Notes under the pieces: generated by a model
Told to the model about the DNA's origin: nothing
Seen by the model: the letters and a program-made list of their open reading frames with translations, nothing else
Database searches by the model: none
In this document: piece after piece, positions 52,691 through 64,000 of the stretch
How positions within the stretch are numbered: position 1 is the stretch's first letter
How the letters are laid out: each line of letters begins with the position of its first letter
Translations under genes and position numbers: made by a program
Assembly: GCF_001194135.2 (NCBI RefSeq)
Contig: NC_068997.1
Span: 11,075,730 to 11,139,729 of the forward strand
DNA length: 64,000 nucleotides
Source: Octopus bimaculoides
Lineage: Eukaryota
Reading direction: 5' to 3'

Positions 52691-53839
52691 TTGTCTTATC
52701 GCTCGCTTCCTCTTTTCGTGAAGTTCAATAACCGATCTCGCCATGTATCTGACGTAACACATGAATATAGGAGCGAAGGTGACACGAAAAGTTATCTCAG
52801 TTACAGATTACGTACACAAACACTCACACTTCGAGGATTAAATAAGCATGTCATGCACGCACGTGTACGTACATACAGACACACGCAAACATAGAAAATC
52901 CGATGAAAACTTGGTTGTACGAATGCCAAAACATATTTATTTATTGAAGATAAATTGATTATAGTTTTATGCTAGCTTTCAATGTGGACCTTAATCAGAA
53001 ATAGAATCACTGAAATAGAATCACACAAATTTGCTGAAATCCCATATAAACTCAGCTGTACAGAGAAGATTCTGAAGTAACTTTTTAACCATCTATCATG
53101 TAAAGTCCTTTTTTTCAGTAAAAATTTAGACTGTTTTCGTTGTCAATTAATTCTTTATACAACACAAAAGACTTTTTCAATGCAAATGAAATGTCCCGGC
53201 GAGAAACATTTCGCATAAGAATTCAAATGAAACAAAATGTCACACTAACCAAATATAAACCGTCGTATCGACTGACGCCAGAATACACTTACTATTTCTT
53301 ATAATGTCACTAACTTGCACATAATCTTGTGTAATATTTAATATAACTCGCGGAACGCGTTAATATTTTAAGGAATTAACGGTAAACCTATTAGGTTATT
53401 TCTGAAAAGTTTATCCGTAAAACCTGAAAGCATATCCTATGTTGTGTCTGTACTGAAAGATAGTCGCTCATCTGCTATTTGTTGAAAAGTAAAAGAAATT
53501 TGGAATACAATGATTACTTAATGCACTTTACATTTACACTTGATATGCGCAATTTTATAGACTTACAATACTCATAAAAATATACTCACACTTATTTTTC
53601 TATTTTACCCATCACAAAGAAAAAATATCCCGTACATAAGATAGAACTTTTCGTTTAATTGCATATATCTGCCACGTAAATACACGTGAATATTTAACGG
53701 AATTGCACACATGGGGATGCGTTAAGTAATAGGTGATATAAAAAACATTTTACTTCAATTAAAAAAAATGAAGTTTTCACTATCCAATCAACACCGTCTC
53801 CATCTCTACCACAACCACCACTACCACCATCATCAAATC

Positions 53840-54263
53840 GCACCCACTCCCTCTCTCTCTCTCTCCGATTTTCTTTAACCTCACCATCAGAACATCACCC
53901 CTCTGCTAAAATTGCTAGGTTCCCCTACCTCACGTAATAGACACCGCTCTCACCATTTTCTCTTTCCGACGTTTCTTTTCTCTCTCTCTTTCTTTCTGCC
54001 TCTCTCTGTCTCACTCCTCACTTTATCCTCTTTTTCTTTCTCCTTCTTTTCTCCTCCGTTTCCTTTCAACTAATGACGTGAAAGCGTTACAATTACATTC
54101 CTTCTACCTCACGTCACGACCGCTTCTCTCTTCCACTCTTCTCTCTCCCTCTTTTTCTCTCTCTTTTTCTTTCTCGTTTTTTTTTTCTCTCTAATCACGT
54201 GAAAGCGTTACCGGTGGGTTTAGTATCGCAGTGACAAGCAGAATTATTATAAGATTTGTTCTG
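53840..54263 (+). promoter_or_regulatory. Promoter-like CT-rich region with duplicated ACGT-core boxes and a possible non-coding first exon
   Basis: taatgacgtgaaagcgttac (54071) and taatcacgtgaaagcgttac (54192); ctacctcacgt twice (53925, 54104); CTG|gtatga donor at 54263/4. Confidence 0.25.
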
Positions 54264-54373
54264 GTATGAAAAATTAAATGATATCACCAGATGTTTTTCC
54301 ACCTTATTATAGAAGCCATACAAACTATGTTTATTGTATACGCATCTGTGTGAGTATTTGCTAAATGTTAATC

Positions 54374-54644
54374 TGACGCTGAATGAGTTAGTAGACCAAA
54401 CAATGCAAAAGAGGCCGTTATTATTCTTACTGTTGGCATTTTATGTGTCCAGTATATTAGGACCTAAACGTCCTCTCGTCAGGGTTTAGGGACTATATAG
54501 TGCTGTATATACAGAACTGTATACTTCCTTAAACCTTGATGAAGGGACTTTTAGGTCCTGAGATACTGGACACACAAGAGACTTACAGTAACAACAATAA
54601 ATGTCCGTTTTGCATTGCTTGACCTTCTAACTCTTTCAGCGTCA
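54374..54644. repeat. 271-bp spacerless palindrome (fold-back element or MITE-like)
   Basis: Manual arm alignment: 106 of 136 columns identical, 29 mismatches and 1 indel; centred on ctgtatatacag (54503-54514). Confidence 0.93.
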
Positions 54645-54813
54645 CATATACAATGCTTCACGTAAACCACATTTTAATTGTTAATATATTTTAAGGACAA
54701 AGCATTAATTCAGATGAAAGAGATTTGTACTGCCTTAAAAACTGGGTGTGCGGTGAAAGTTGCTGTGAACCTATATGGAACGTACACATATTGATGTATT
54801 TATATAATTTAAT

Positions 54814-55085
54814 GAAGGCGCGTGGGTTAGTGGTTTAAAGTCTTTGCTTCATAATTGTGAGTTCGATTCCTGGTTGCGTGTTGATTCTTTGAGCAAGACA
54901 CTTTATTTTGTGTTCTTCCAGCTGGCAAAAAGCGTTCTACCAATTATTCTGTCATGCCCCAAAAATCTAAGACCTACGTGGAAAGTATGTTTATCCGTAG
55001 AGTGCTTAGCAACGCGCTCCTTAATTTCACGAGCTGGCTATCCTGTTGATCGAATCGCCTAGAACGGTCATCGTCTAAATCAACA
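54814..55085 (+). mobile_element. tRNA-derived SINE (family C, gaaggcgcgtgg.ttagtggtt head)
   Basis: A box, gagttcgattcct B box, ttgagcaagacactttattt CORE-like segment, ends in (CA)n. Confidence 0.75.
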
Positions 55086-55094
55086 AAGAGACAA

Positions 55095-55134
55095 ATACAC
55101 ACACACGCACACACACACACACACACAAACACAC

Positions 55135-55192
<58 letters not shown>
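55095..55192. repeat. (CA)n microsatellite
   Basis: Directly visible. Confidence 0.97.
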
Positions 55193-55193
<1 letters not shown>

Positions 55194-56682
55194 TAATTCA
55201 ATCTGTAACTGAACGTAAGAAGAAAAAGCTATAACACATAGCGTGTACATATTGGACAAAATACCCGTTGAAAAGTTCAAAAGTCGAAATTTTAACGCAA
55301 TATCTATTTATTTATTGCCAAATTCCCTTTGAGTTAAACCGTTCCAGACAAAAAAGAATTATATCATGTCTTCTTGAAGGATTTAAATTCTTACAAGGAC
55401 AATATATATTTCTACACACATACACAGACACACACAGACACACATACACGTGTGTGTGAATGCGTACTTGCGTTCGTGTGTGCGTATTTAGGTACTTATG
55501 GTTGGAAGATAGTTACTGATTTCTTGAACAATGGTAAAGAACATATGCACGTGATAACTGCTAGACACATTTTTTTTCAATGAGATGTTTGAAAGTATCT
55601 CTTAGTCGTTCTAAATATGTTATCTCGTCACTGGTAGCTCAAGTAAATTGAGATATACACAAACAACTTTATTCGAAAATTGCCAAGAGTAATTTTCATT
55701 AATGTCATAGTAGGTGTGTTTCAAACAGCAGAAGCCGTTGGCCATTAAATTTTAGTGGATTCTGTATATATGATTGAAATCGTTGAAGTGAAATTGATAA
55801 CTCGTGAAAGATAGTAGAGAACTGATGTAAACCAAATTGAATATCCATTATTTGACTATGGATGTTTCCAACATAAACGTAGAAACGAGACGACTATAAT
55901 AGAAATGAATACAACTTCAATTTCAGTCGTATATTTCTTGAGAAAATTGTCAAGAATTGAAATTGATGAGTTATATAATATAGATATATAGTGCACATTC
56001 ATATCTTAAGTCGTATGTCTAGAGATAATTTAACACGAACATATTCAATAATATATGCCATGCTTTATTGAATAAACGTGCTTACGAAAGTAAATCTATA
56101 GTACGTTCTAGCCAGTCTACTAAACAGTATGAATATAGTATGAACGATTGAAGCAGTTGTAACAACTCATTGTTTTCGGTGATTGCTCTCAAAGATTGTG
56201 ACTATGAAGCTACTAAAGGACAAGGCACCGTAAGTTAGGTCTGAGAAGGTTATGGCAATATTAAATGGGTCTCATGAATGAACAACGTTTAATAATTTAC
56301 GTGGCCATTTCGAAACGTAGAACAAAATTTAAAACAATGATCGCTCTCACTTTCCAAATAATAACGATACTGGAATGCAATTTCCGTACCCCCATCAAAG
56401 TAAGAACCTAGAATTCAGGAATATATCGGAATATATCGTAAAATATATAATCTGATGTACAGAAACTATTGCAGCTTTCAGATCACGTAGGTGTGTTGAT
56501 AATTCAGAAGGTTCTGTTCGTAGAATTTTCAAATAAGAAGAAGTAGTGTAGAAAAGAAAGCAGAAAAATATAATCATGTGGTCCATACTCCACATCAATG
56601 AAAGCATACATCCATCTCGCTGATTGGGAACCAAATGTATATACATGTATATATCTTAAAGGGAACTGTTGGCATTACAATT

Positions 56683-56685
<3 letters not shown>

Positions 56686-56743
<58 letters not shown>

Positions 56744-56972
56744 NNNNNNNNNNNNNNNNNNNNNNNNNNNNNNNNNNNNNNNNNNNNNNNNNNNNNNNNN
56801 NNNNNNNNNNNNNNNNNNNNNNNNNNNNNNNNNNNNNNNNNNNNNNNNNNNNNNNNNNNNNNNNNNNNNNNNNNNNNNNNNNNNNNNNNNNNNNNNNNNN
56901 NNNNNNNNNNNNNNNNNNNNNNNNNNNNNNNNNNNNNNNNNNNNNNNNNNNNNNNNNNNNNNNNNNNNNNNN
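56686..56972. other. (CA)n (56686-56743) running into an assembly gap (56744-56972)
   Basis: Directly visible. Confidence 1.
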
Positions 56973-57039
56973 CATATATATGTACAAACGTATGTATATA
57001 CGTTCATCCACATGTACATATAGATACATAACTGGGTAC

Positions 57040-57400
57040 ATGACGTGGCAAAAGAACAAGGACAGAAACGGTAAACAAGGTGCAACAAACAAGCAGGCCA
57101 CATAGAAGCATCCCCTTCATCAGCTGCCACTATTAAAACTCCGGCGTTTCGAAGAATTAAGGCTGTACGCATCGTTAAAATGGTTCTTCCCACGAACACA
57201 AATTAAATTGTTTTCGTGGAGGGTAGTGGCGGACGGAAAACAAGACAGGAAAACGAAACGGTGAAATAAACAAACAAAAAGGCTGTACAGCCAGACGTGA
57301 AGTGTGTATGTCTTGAACGCTGTGAAGCACGTACAGGAGGGCAAAGAAGTACGTGCGAGCTTGAATGGAAAGGTCATAAACGAATCGTTTCCGGATATTT
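57040..57400 (-). mobile_element. Unclassified GC-richer repeat-like segment with a CTGATGA core, possibly Penelope-like
   Basis: Composition shift; minus-strand ggcagCTGATGAaggggat at 57110-57128. Single copy in this window. Confidence 0.3.
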
Positions 57401-58951
57401 CTAGATATATGCTCACTGGAATCTTAAATAATTCCACTTTTTTAATATAGAATCCAAGCATTCTTTGGCAACTAAATTTCACTCACACCGATATAATTGA
57501 CTTTCCAAATAGAGCAGATTATGCAGTATATTAGATTCTGTGTTTTACAGTTCATTTGTGCATTTATTTGAAGAAATACCAACTTGTACATTTTTAGAGA
57601 ATCACTATCCAAATATTTGAAATTATTATTGTTACTGTATATTTCACACACATTGCATCTACTGGCTTTCAGTGACAATTCCGAATTTCATCCTGAGGTG
57701 AATTCTGGATTTGTGTGGTTTTTGCTCGAAATTTCCTCTTGCTTATATTTTCTTCAACCAGATCCCTCATATTTGGAGCTTCAGAAAGTATTTGTAGATT
57801 TGTTTTCATCGTATTGAATATGTTGATCATTCGTGATATTTCCTCGAAAAGTTTCTTGGAAACCTCAGTTGTACGATATCTACTTTCATTGCTTTTATAA
57901 TCCTATTGTTTATCATTGCAAAGGGTAAGATTGGAGATTTGGGAAGTCTTTACTTTCAAATTGGACGAAATTGTAAACATATGTCGCAGCATAATATCTG
58001 TGAAACCTGTCATATAATATCAACGGATAAAAGATTTGAAAATACGTTGCCATTAAATAGTCTAGTTATTTCACACATCTAACATTTAAGTGTAAATTTC
58101 AAAAATATATTTTGAACATTTTCTGATTTGTCGGCTTGATTTTATTAATATTTCATATACTGAACAATTTACCGTAGATCAATCCGATGACTAAGTGAAA
58201 TCTATTTGTAGTTTAATGTGTTCTGCTAAGTTTATAATATGCCTCTACCTCTGTATATGTGCGTCAATTTATTAAATGCGTTTTAAAACATTATTAGTTT
58301 CCTGTGAAGATATTTATTGGTTGTCAAGTATTTGTATTTGTACGTTTCTGTACATATGATGTATGTACATACGTTATGCTTATATTTACATACATATCTA
58401 CATGCTTGTTTTTTGGAATTACTTGCATGTCTCTATCTTCCTATTTACCACACCTCATTCTTATATCTCTCTTTGTAAATATGTGTGTGCCTGCATATAT
58501 ATGTAGCAAATACTTAGGTATGTACTATATTTTGTATGTGTAAGTTTACAGATATACGTTTGGGAATATTTCAATGCTACTAGAATAGCATAATTTCGAA
58601 TATGAAAGTGTGCTTTTCCATGTGATGTTATAGGACAAAACATTGCTCGCTGTGTGTTCAGGGGGCAGTTCATGTTCCTATCTATATAAAAGTATTTCAT
58701 CATACACACACATAAACACATAATACCCCCCAATTACATACACGTAGATTTATACATACATAGGCATTGAAGTTCACTACAGCTGTTTCAGGCGTATTCT
58801 TTATTGATGAACGAAGATATTACATCATGTAAAAAACAAAACGTTTTCGTCTGGTGCATGAAGCGCAAAAACTTAACGGTTATGATACTTGAAGTAAATA
58901 AAAACCAGTATGGGAGAGATGTGTTTTGAACACACACACACACACACACAT

Positions 58952-59009
<58 letters not shown>

Positions 59010-60329
59010 TCAAATCTTAAACGGTTGATGAATAAAGTTCAGAATGAGTGTTTGAGGAAATAGCTAAAGGGGCAAACCGGATGTGTGAGATATTGATTAC
59101 GGAGCTTTGGGCTTTGAATAGGTTTTCCACCTCCTATCATTGGCCACCTCTTGATGATGAAAAGGTTTCGGAACCCGTCCTTCATTGACATCAGGGTACC
59201 AAAGGCAACTTAATCAGATAAATCAATGGATCAACATATCAGTCGCAATAATACTGGCCGTACGCGACATTAGACGTGATAGCTAATTTAAATTCAAGTC
59301 AAAAAGAAAGTGAATGATAAACACGCTTATATTATAACATCGCTTGATATTTCCCGACGAAATCACTGTAATAGATGTATATAAAAAGTATTTTTGAATG
59401 TTTAAACACATGCACACGCACACAAACATACATACATACATACACGCACACACACACACACACAGTTATTTGGAGAAGAATATATATGTTTTGTAATGTT
59501 TTTATAGTCAATAAAATATCGAATTGTTTACCATCGATCTTGTCTTTACTATTTTCATATATTTACATTCTTTGTGGACGAAATCAGAATTTGTTTTTCG
59601 ATGTGTTCCTAGATTAACTCCTTATTTCTTTGTATTTATCACAGTCCTAATTTTAAAAAGAAACCATTAACTCGATATAAATTGAACATAAAGAGAAGAA
59701 ATGTGAATTCTAAAAGAAATTAAAACAAATTACTTTGTCTATTGTTCCCGTAGATTAATGAGTTTCTTTATATAGAAGACAGAGGAAAATAATGTTTATT
59801 TTTGATGTCTACAAATATAGTAAAATAAATTTGAAGTCTGGGCCATCACTTTTCTTTCTTGAATGCTGGACTTTTTAATAGAATGTGATATATATTTTGC
59901 GGATTTCGCTTTAAATGCACTTAATTTGAACAAGGTATGTCTCTTTATATTCCATTTAATATAGAATGAACTTGTGAAAAAAGAGAATATATAACTACCA
60001 CACTAAGAATTATAATCGTGAAAACGTGTTGACAATACAGTTACAGCTAAATATAATTTGCAATTAACTTATCAAACTCTGTCAATAGAGTGTATTTTCC
60101 CAATGAATTTTGCATATCGATTCAGAAAATTATATTGAGAAAAATATAGATAGGACTAATGTATTTACTGATTAAATAGTACACGGTTTAAATGTTTTTA
60201 GCCTCTACACATTTCAGAAGTTAAATCGAAAATTTGACTACTATAATGGCCATCATACATAGCTTAGTGTGGAACATCTCTGAAGAAATATAATCTTATA
60301 TCTGGTATTCTGTACATAGATATTTAAAT

Positions 60330-60490
60330 TTTTACTAAGCGGATTAAGATACATCAACACTCACGACTTAGAATATATTGCTTCTATTTTCTCCGCACTT
60401 GATGAGGCAAATATTATTCTACAGTTGTCTCTAAAATTAGAAAAGTGTATGAGAAACAGTATTATGCTGGATTATTTCCAGCGATAGGGA
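60330..60490 (+). mobile_element. Possible decayed hAT (Charlie-type) transposase fragment
   Basis: Frame reads DLEYIASIFSALDEANIILQ, resembling the Charlie/GTF2IRD2 motif LAYLADIFSHLNELNLSLQ. Confidence 0.28.
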
Positions 60491-60663
60491 AATACTTCTT
60501 CAGCAGCATATTTATCCATTCAATTAAATGCTTTAACTGATAGATCCAGACCAAAAAATGTATTAAATCTTTAGCGGAAATCAGAGGAAGGCTTTTCTGT
60601 CCAAAGATTCTCAATAACTGCATGGTGCTTTGCAGCTATTTGAAATGAAAAGATTATAAGTGG

Positions 60664-60697
<34 letters not shown>

Positions 60698-61043
60698 TGT
60701 GTGCGTGTGTGGATGGGTGTGTTAGCATAATATGACACTTATATATACAAACATACACACACGCACAAACACACACATATATATATATATATATATGTAA
60801 ATATGCATATGCACATATATACGTATGTATGAGGTTGAATGTGGATTCATCCTTTAATTTGAGTGGTTTCCAAATACATTTCTAACGTTGATTCTTCATA
60901 CTTGTACGAAACGTTTGTATGAACGAATACACTTCTTACAACGTTCTAACATCTCATGTCCTCCATTTTTGACAAATATGATTGGATTTGTAGAACTTTA
61001 TTCCATAAATTGATCACACACTTGATATATATATATATATATA

Positions 61044-61082
<39 letters not shown>

Positions 61083-61593
61083 GCATACATACATACATCT
61101 ATGCATGCATACATACATACATACATATATACATACATACATACATACATACGTACATACATATATATGCTTAACTATACATATATAAAGTATGCGAGAG
61201 AGATGGAGAGAAAGAAGGAAATTGAACATCATGTGCCTTGACAGTTACCAGTTCAATCAAGAAAGTTGCTGTCAGTTCCAAAAATGTATTGAAAATAGAT
61301 TTAACTTTTCTTAATCTCATTCTATTGTTTTGTTGATAAATATTATTAGAATGCAACTCAAAGCTATTGTTCTTTGTGTTTAGTAGTAGTTAAGTAATTA
61401 TATGATGAAACGCATTCCCACTTATTACTACTATAATGTTTCTATAACTATGTGAATCAATGTGTTCTTTCGTCTGTCTATTAGATATAAATTGAGTTTT
61501 GGACTAGCTTTAGACAACGATTTCAACCAGTATGAACGACAAGATAAAATCGGGTGATCGGATCTTGTAGAAAAAATCACTGTTGTACTTTAG

Positions 61594-61684
61594 CACAGAT
61601 GATCGCAGCAAAAGACAGGGATCAGCAGATTGTGATATCATACCTAAGCAGGAGAAATGTTCATGTTTTCCTAACATCTACGAG
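61594..61684 (+). CDS. Candidate exon (-TDDRSKRQGSADCDIIPKQEKCSCFPNIYE)
   Basis: gttgtactttag acceptor, GAG|gtttat donor (weak); a second frame is also open. Confidence 0.15.
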
Positions 61685-64000
61685 GTTTATATGCATCGCT
61701 TAATCCCATCCAATTTGGCATATGTACACATCAAAGATAATCTTCATCCAATGATTGCATCAGATTTGCTTCGCTGTTATTCAGTGATTCCTCTTTAAAG
61801 TACACTTGAGGCTGATTTAACTTGCTTTGATGAGCGATACAGGAAGATATCGATCATATAAATCTATTGTCTATTGTTTGACATGAGAGAGTAGTCATAA
61901 AAGGAATCCAAGAAACGACTATCAGGTATTTAAGAATTTCCGTTACAGAAGAGTGTATTACGTAATGAAAGAATTTTAATGCGGAAGATCGGCAGAAATG
62001 AATTTGAGAAAATATTCTCTAGAATAGTAGTGCGGTTTCTTCTTTGTTAATAATACTTTTGCGATGGTTCAATTTCCCATTCACTCTTGCAGGGTCGATT
62101 TTGTATCTGTTAATTGAAAGAATCATTCTTGTTCAGTATACTCTTTGTAAAATAAGCGTTTCGGTTGCCATTTTTACAATTACTTCTTAGGAAATTATTT
62201 TATACTCCGATTTTCCTGAATCGTATTAATGGTGTAAGTTAAATAATCTTGAGATGTCAGTAAATGAAATGATTTCACTTTTCTTTACATAAAAATATGC
62301 GAAAATCATAAATTACATATTTCGTACACGCATGAAATGTTAGCGTCTTCACAAAGCTAACGTCAGAGACAATTTGCTGTGAGATGAATTTTCAAAAACA
62401 GATTTTGGTCCTAAATTTTGGGTCTATTGTTTCTGTTTCATTGTGAACATGACTTTTTTGCGGAAGTTTCGAAAATTAAAAGCACATTCATTTAAAATAG
62501 AATATAAACCAGCCAAGTTTTGTTTCATGACGGAATGTTTATTATATACCATTGAATGACCTCATGTGTAGCCGAAGTCGTGGTGACTGTTGAAATCTCA
62601 TTTTAACACACTTATAGTATGTATTACAAACTGTGGTATTGGCCTACACCAAAAGTTTGTTTCATTCCAGAATGCAGCACAGAAATACATGCATAATAAA
62701 AATTTTTTAAACAAATACATCGTGAAAAAATGAAATATTCTGCCGTTCATTTTATATTTTATTCCACTGTTAATTTTAAATATACCCGTGTTATATAATC
62801 TGTACAACCGACATGTTTCCTTGAAAGAACTCCATGTTGCAGCATTCTATAATATCGTCGTCTGCATTACATATTATATATTTAATTCGTTAGCCATGAA
62901 CACCCACATAGCATATTTCTAGTATAATTGTCAGAAGATAGAGTATATAATCATTCATCACCCAATCACATCTAATCAAATCCAATATATTTACTAATGG
63001 AAAATTATATATAATCTGCTTTTACCAATTTCTACACCTTACTCAGTATAAAAAATTACGACTCTTCGTTGATAAGTAACTGGAAATAATGAAACAATTT
63101 CATGCTGCAGTATAATCATAATTGATTTAGTCAGACTTACTATTCTCTTATGAATAGAATTATTCATTAACCTGTAATACAATACATTGGAGGATTAACG
63201 CGTTAATCAGAAATTTCATTAGGCATTGATGAGAAATATTTACATTTGATAATTTCCTTCTCTATTTACTATGTACTTTGGTTATTCAAAATTACTAACC
63301 ATACAAATTGATTAGAAAATTATCATGTTCTCACGAAATGATTTATAGTAGCTTAGCTGTTGCGGTGCGTCAAAGTTCTGATTTTGAATTATTTCAATTG
63401 AGAGTTTACATTTTCTTATATCACGTTCAATAACAAAGGAAGATAATTATAATGAAAACAATAATGTACTCTACTTAGAACCTAGATAGCGGCATTATAT
63501 ACTGCGAATGAACAGAAATGCAATATGTAACATTAGGTATTTCAAAACGTTATAATTCATGTCACAATGTGTACGTCTCTAAATGGTTTGAAGAAACATT
63601 AAACGAAACCATCTTGAGAATGTTACACTTTTGTGTCAAATTTAAGGTTACATTGTATAGTAATTGGTGACAGAGTAAAATAAAAGTTATTTTCAAAGTA
63701 AATTTATTACCACTTTCATTTATAAATTCTATTTTCAGTTTAAATGCATGAATACTGATCTTTACCGATAACGGATAGAGTCGGCATCCATTGACAAGGC
63801 TGCAAAAGCAACGAAATTTTTTGGAAGGCACAAAAAAATTAAATAAATAAATGAGTGGATATTGAACCGGTGAGTGTCAGATATTAAGGCACTATGACTC
63901 TCTCCATACATAACAAAATTTATAAAAATTGTTAACAGTAAAAATTAAAATAAACTATTTTTCTCAATATTTTTCTAACTCATAAATGCAGTTTGATCTG

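Noticed and set aside
54814-54880. tRNA gene calls for SINE heads (also 38889, 41732, 52141)
   Set aside because: A and B boxes are present, but there is no complete cloverleaf and each continues into a SINE body.

Overview
AT-rich eukaryotic scaffold sequence with ten N-gaps (about 4.2 kb in total) and dense microsatellites. The SINE families and repeat landscape look like an octopus (coleoid cephalopod) genome; this is an inference from recognised repeats, not a database result. I cannot support any complete protein-coding gene, tRNA, rRNA or CRISPR array. Nearly all long ORFs in the track are microsatellite or N artefacts. Well supported: (i) four fragments of R4/Dong-clade RLE retrotransposons tied to (TAA)n arrays, with two of them plus a short unclassified tail stacked at 36.9-38.2 kb; (ii) a CR1/L2-type LINE 3' fragment whose terminal stem-loop is shared with the tails of several SINEs; (iii) many tRNA-derived SINEs, including two independent SINE-in-SINE dimers with the same junction and an inverted cluster at 41.7-44.1 kb; (iv) a 271-bp spacerless palindrome at 54374-54644 whose arms carry hammerhead-like cores. 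Several other decayed hammerhead-like motifs also occur, probably Penelope-like relics. Tentative: isolated candidate exons, the best being a minus-strand EF-hand exon (50248-50296) and a plus-strand signal-peptide exon (34735-34846). The best leads for something undescribed are the palindrome and hammerhead relics and the self-targeting SINE junction; all remain hypotheses.
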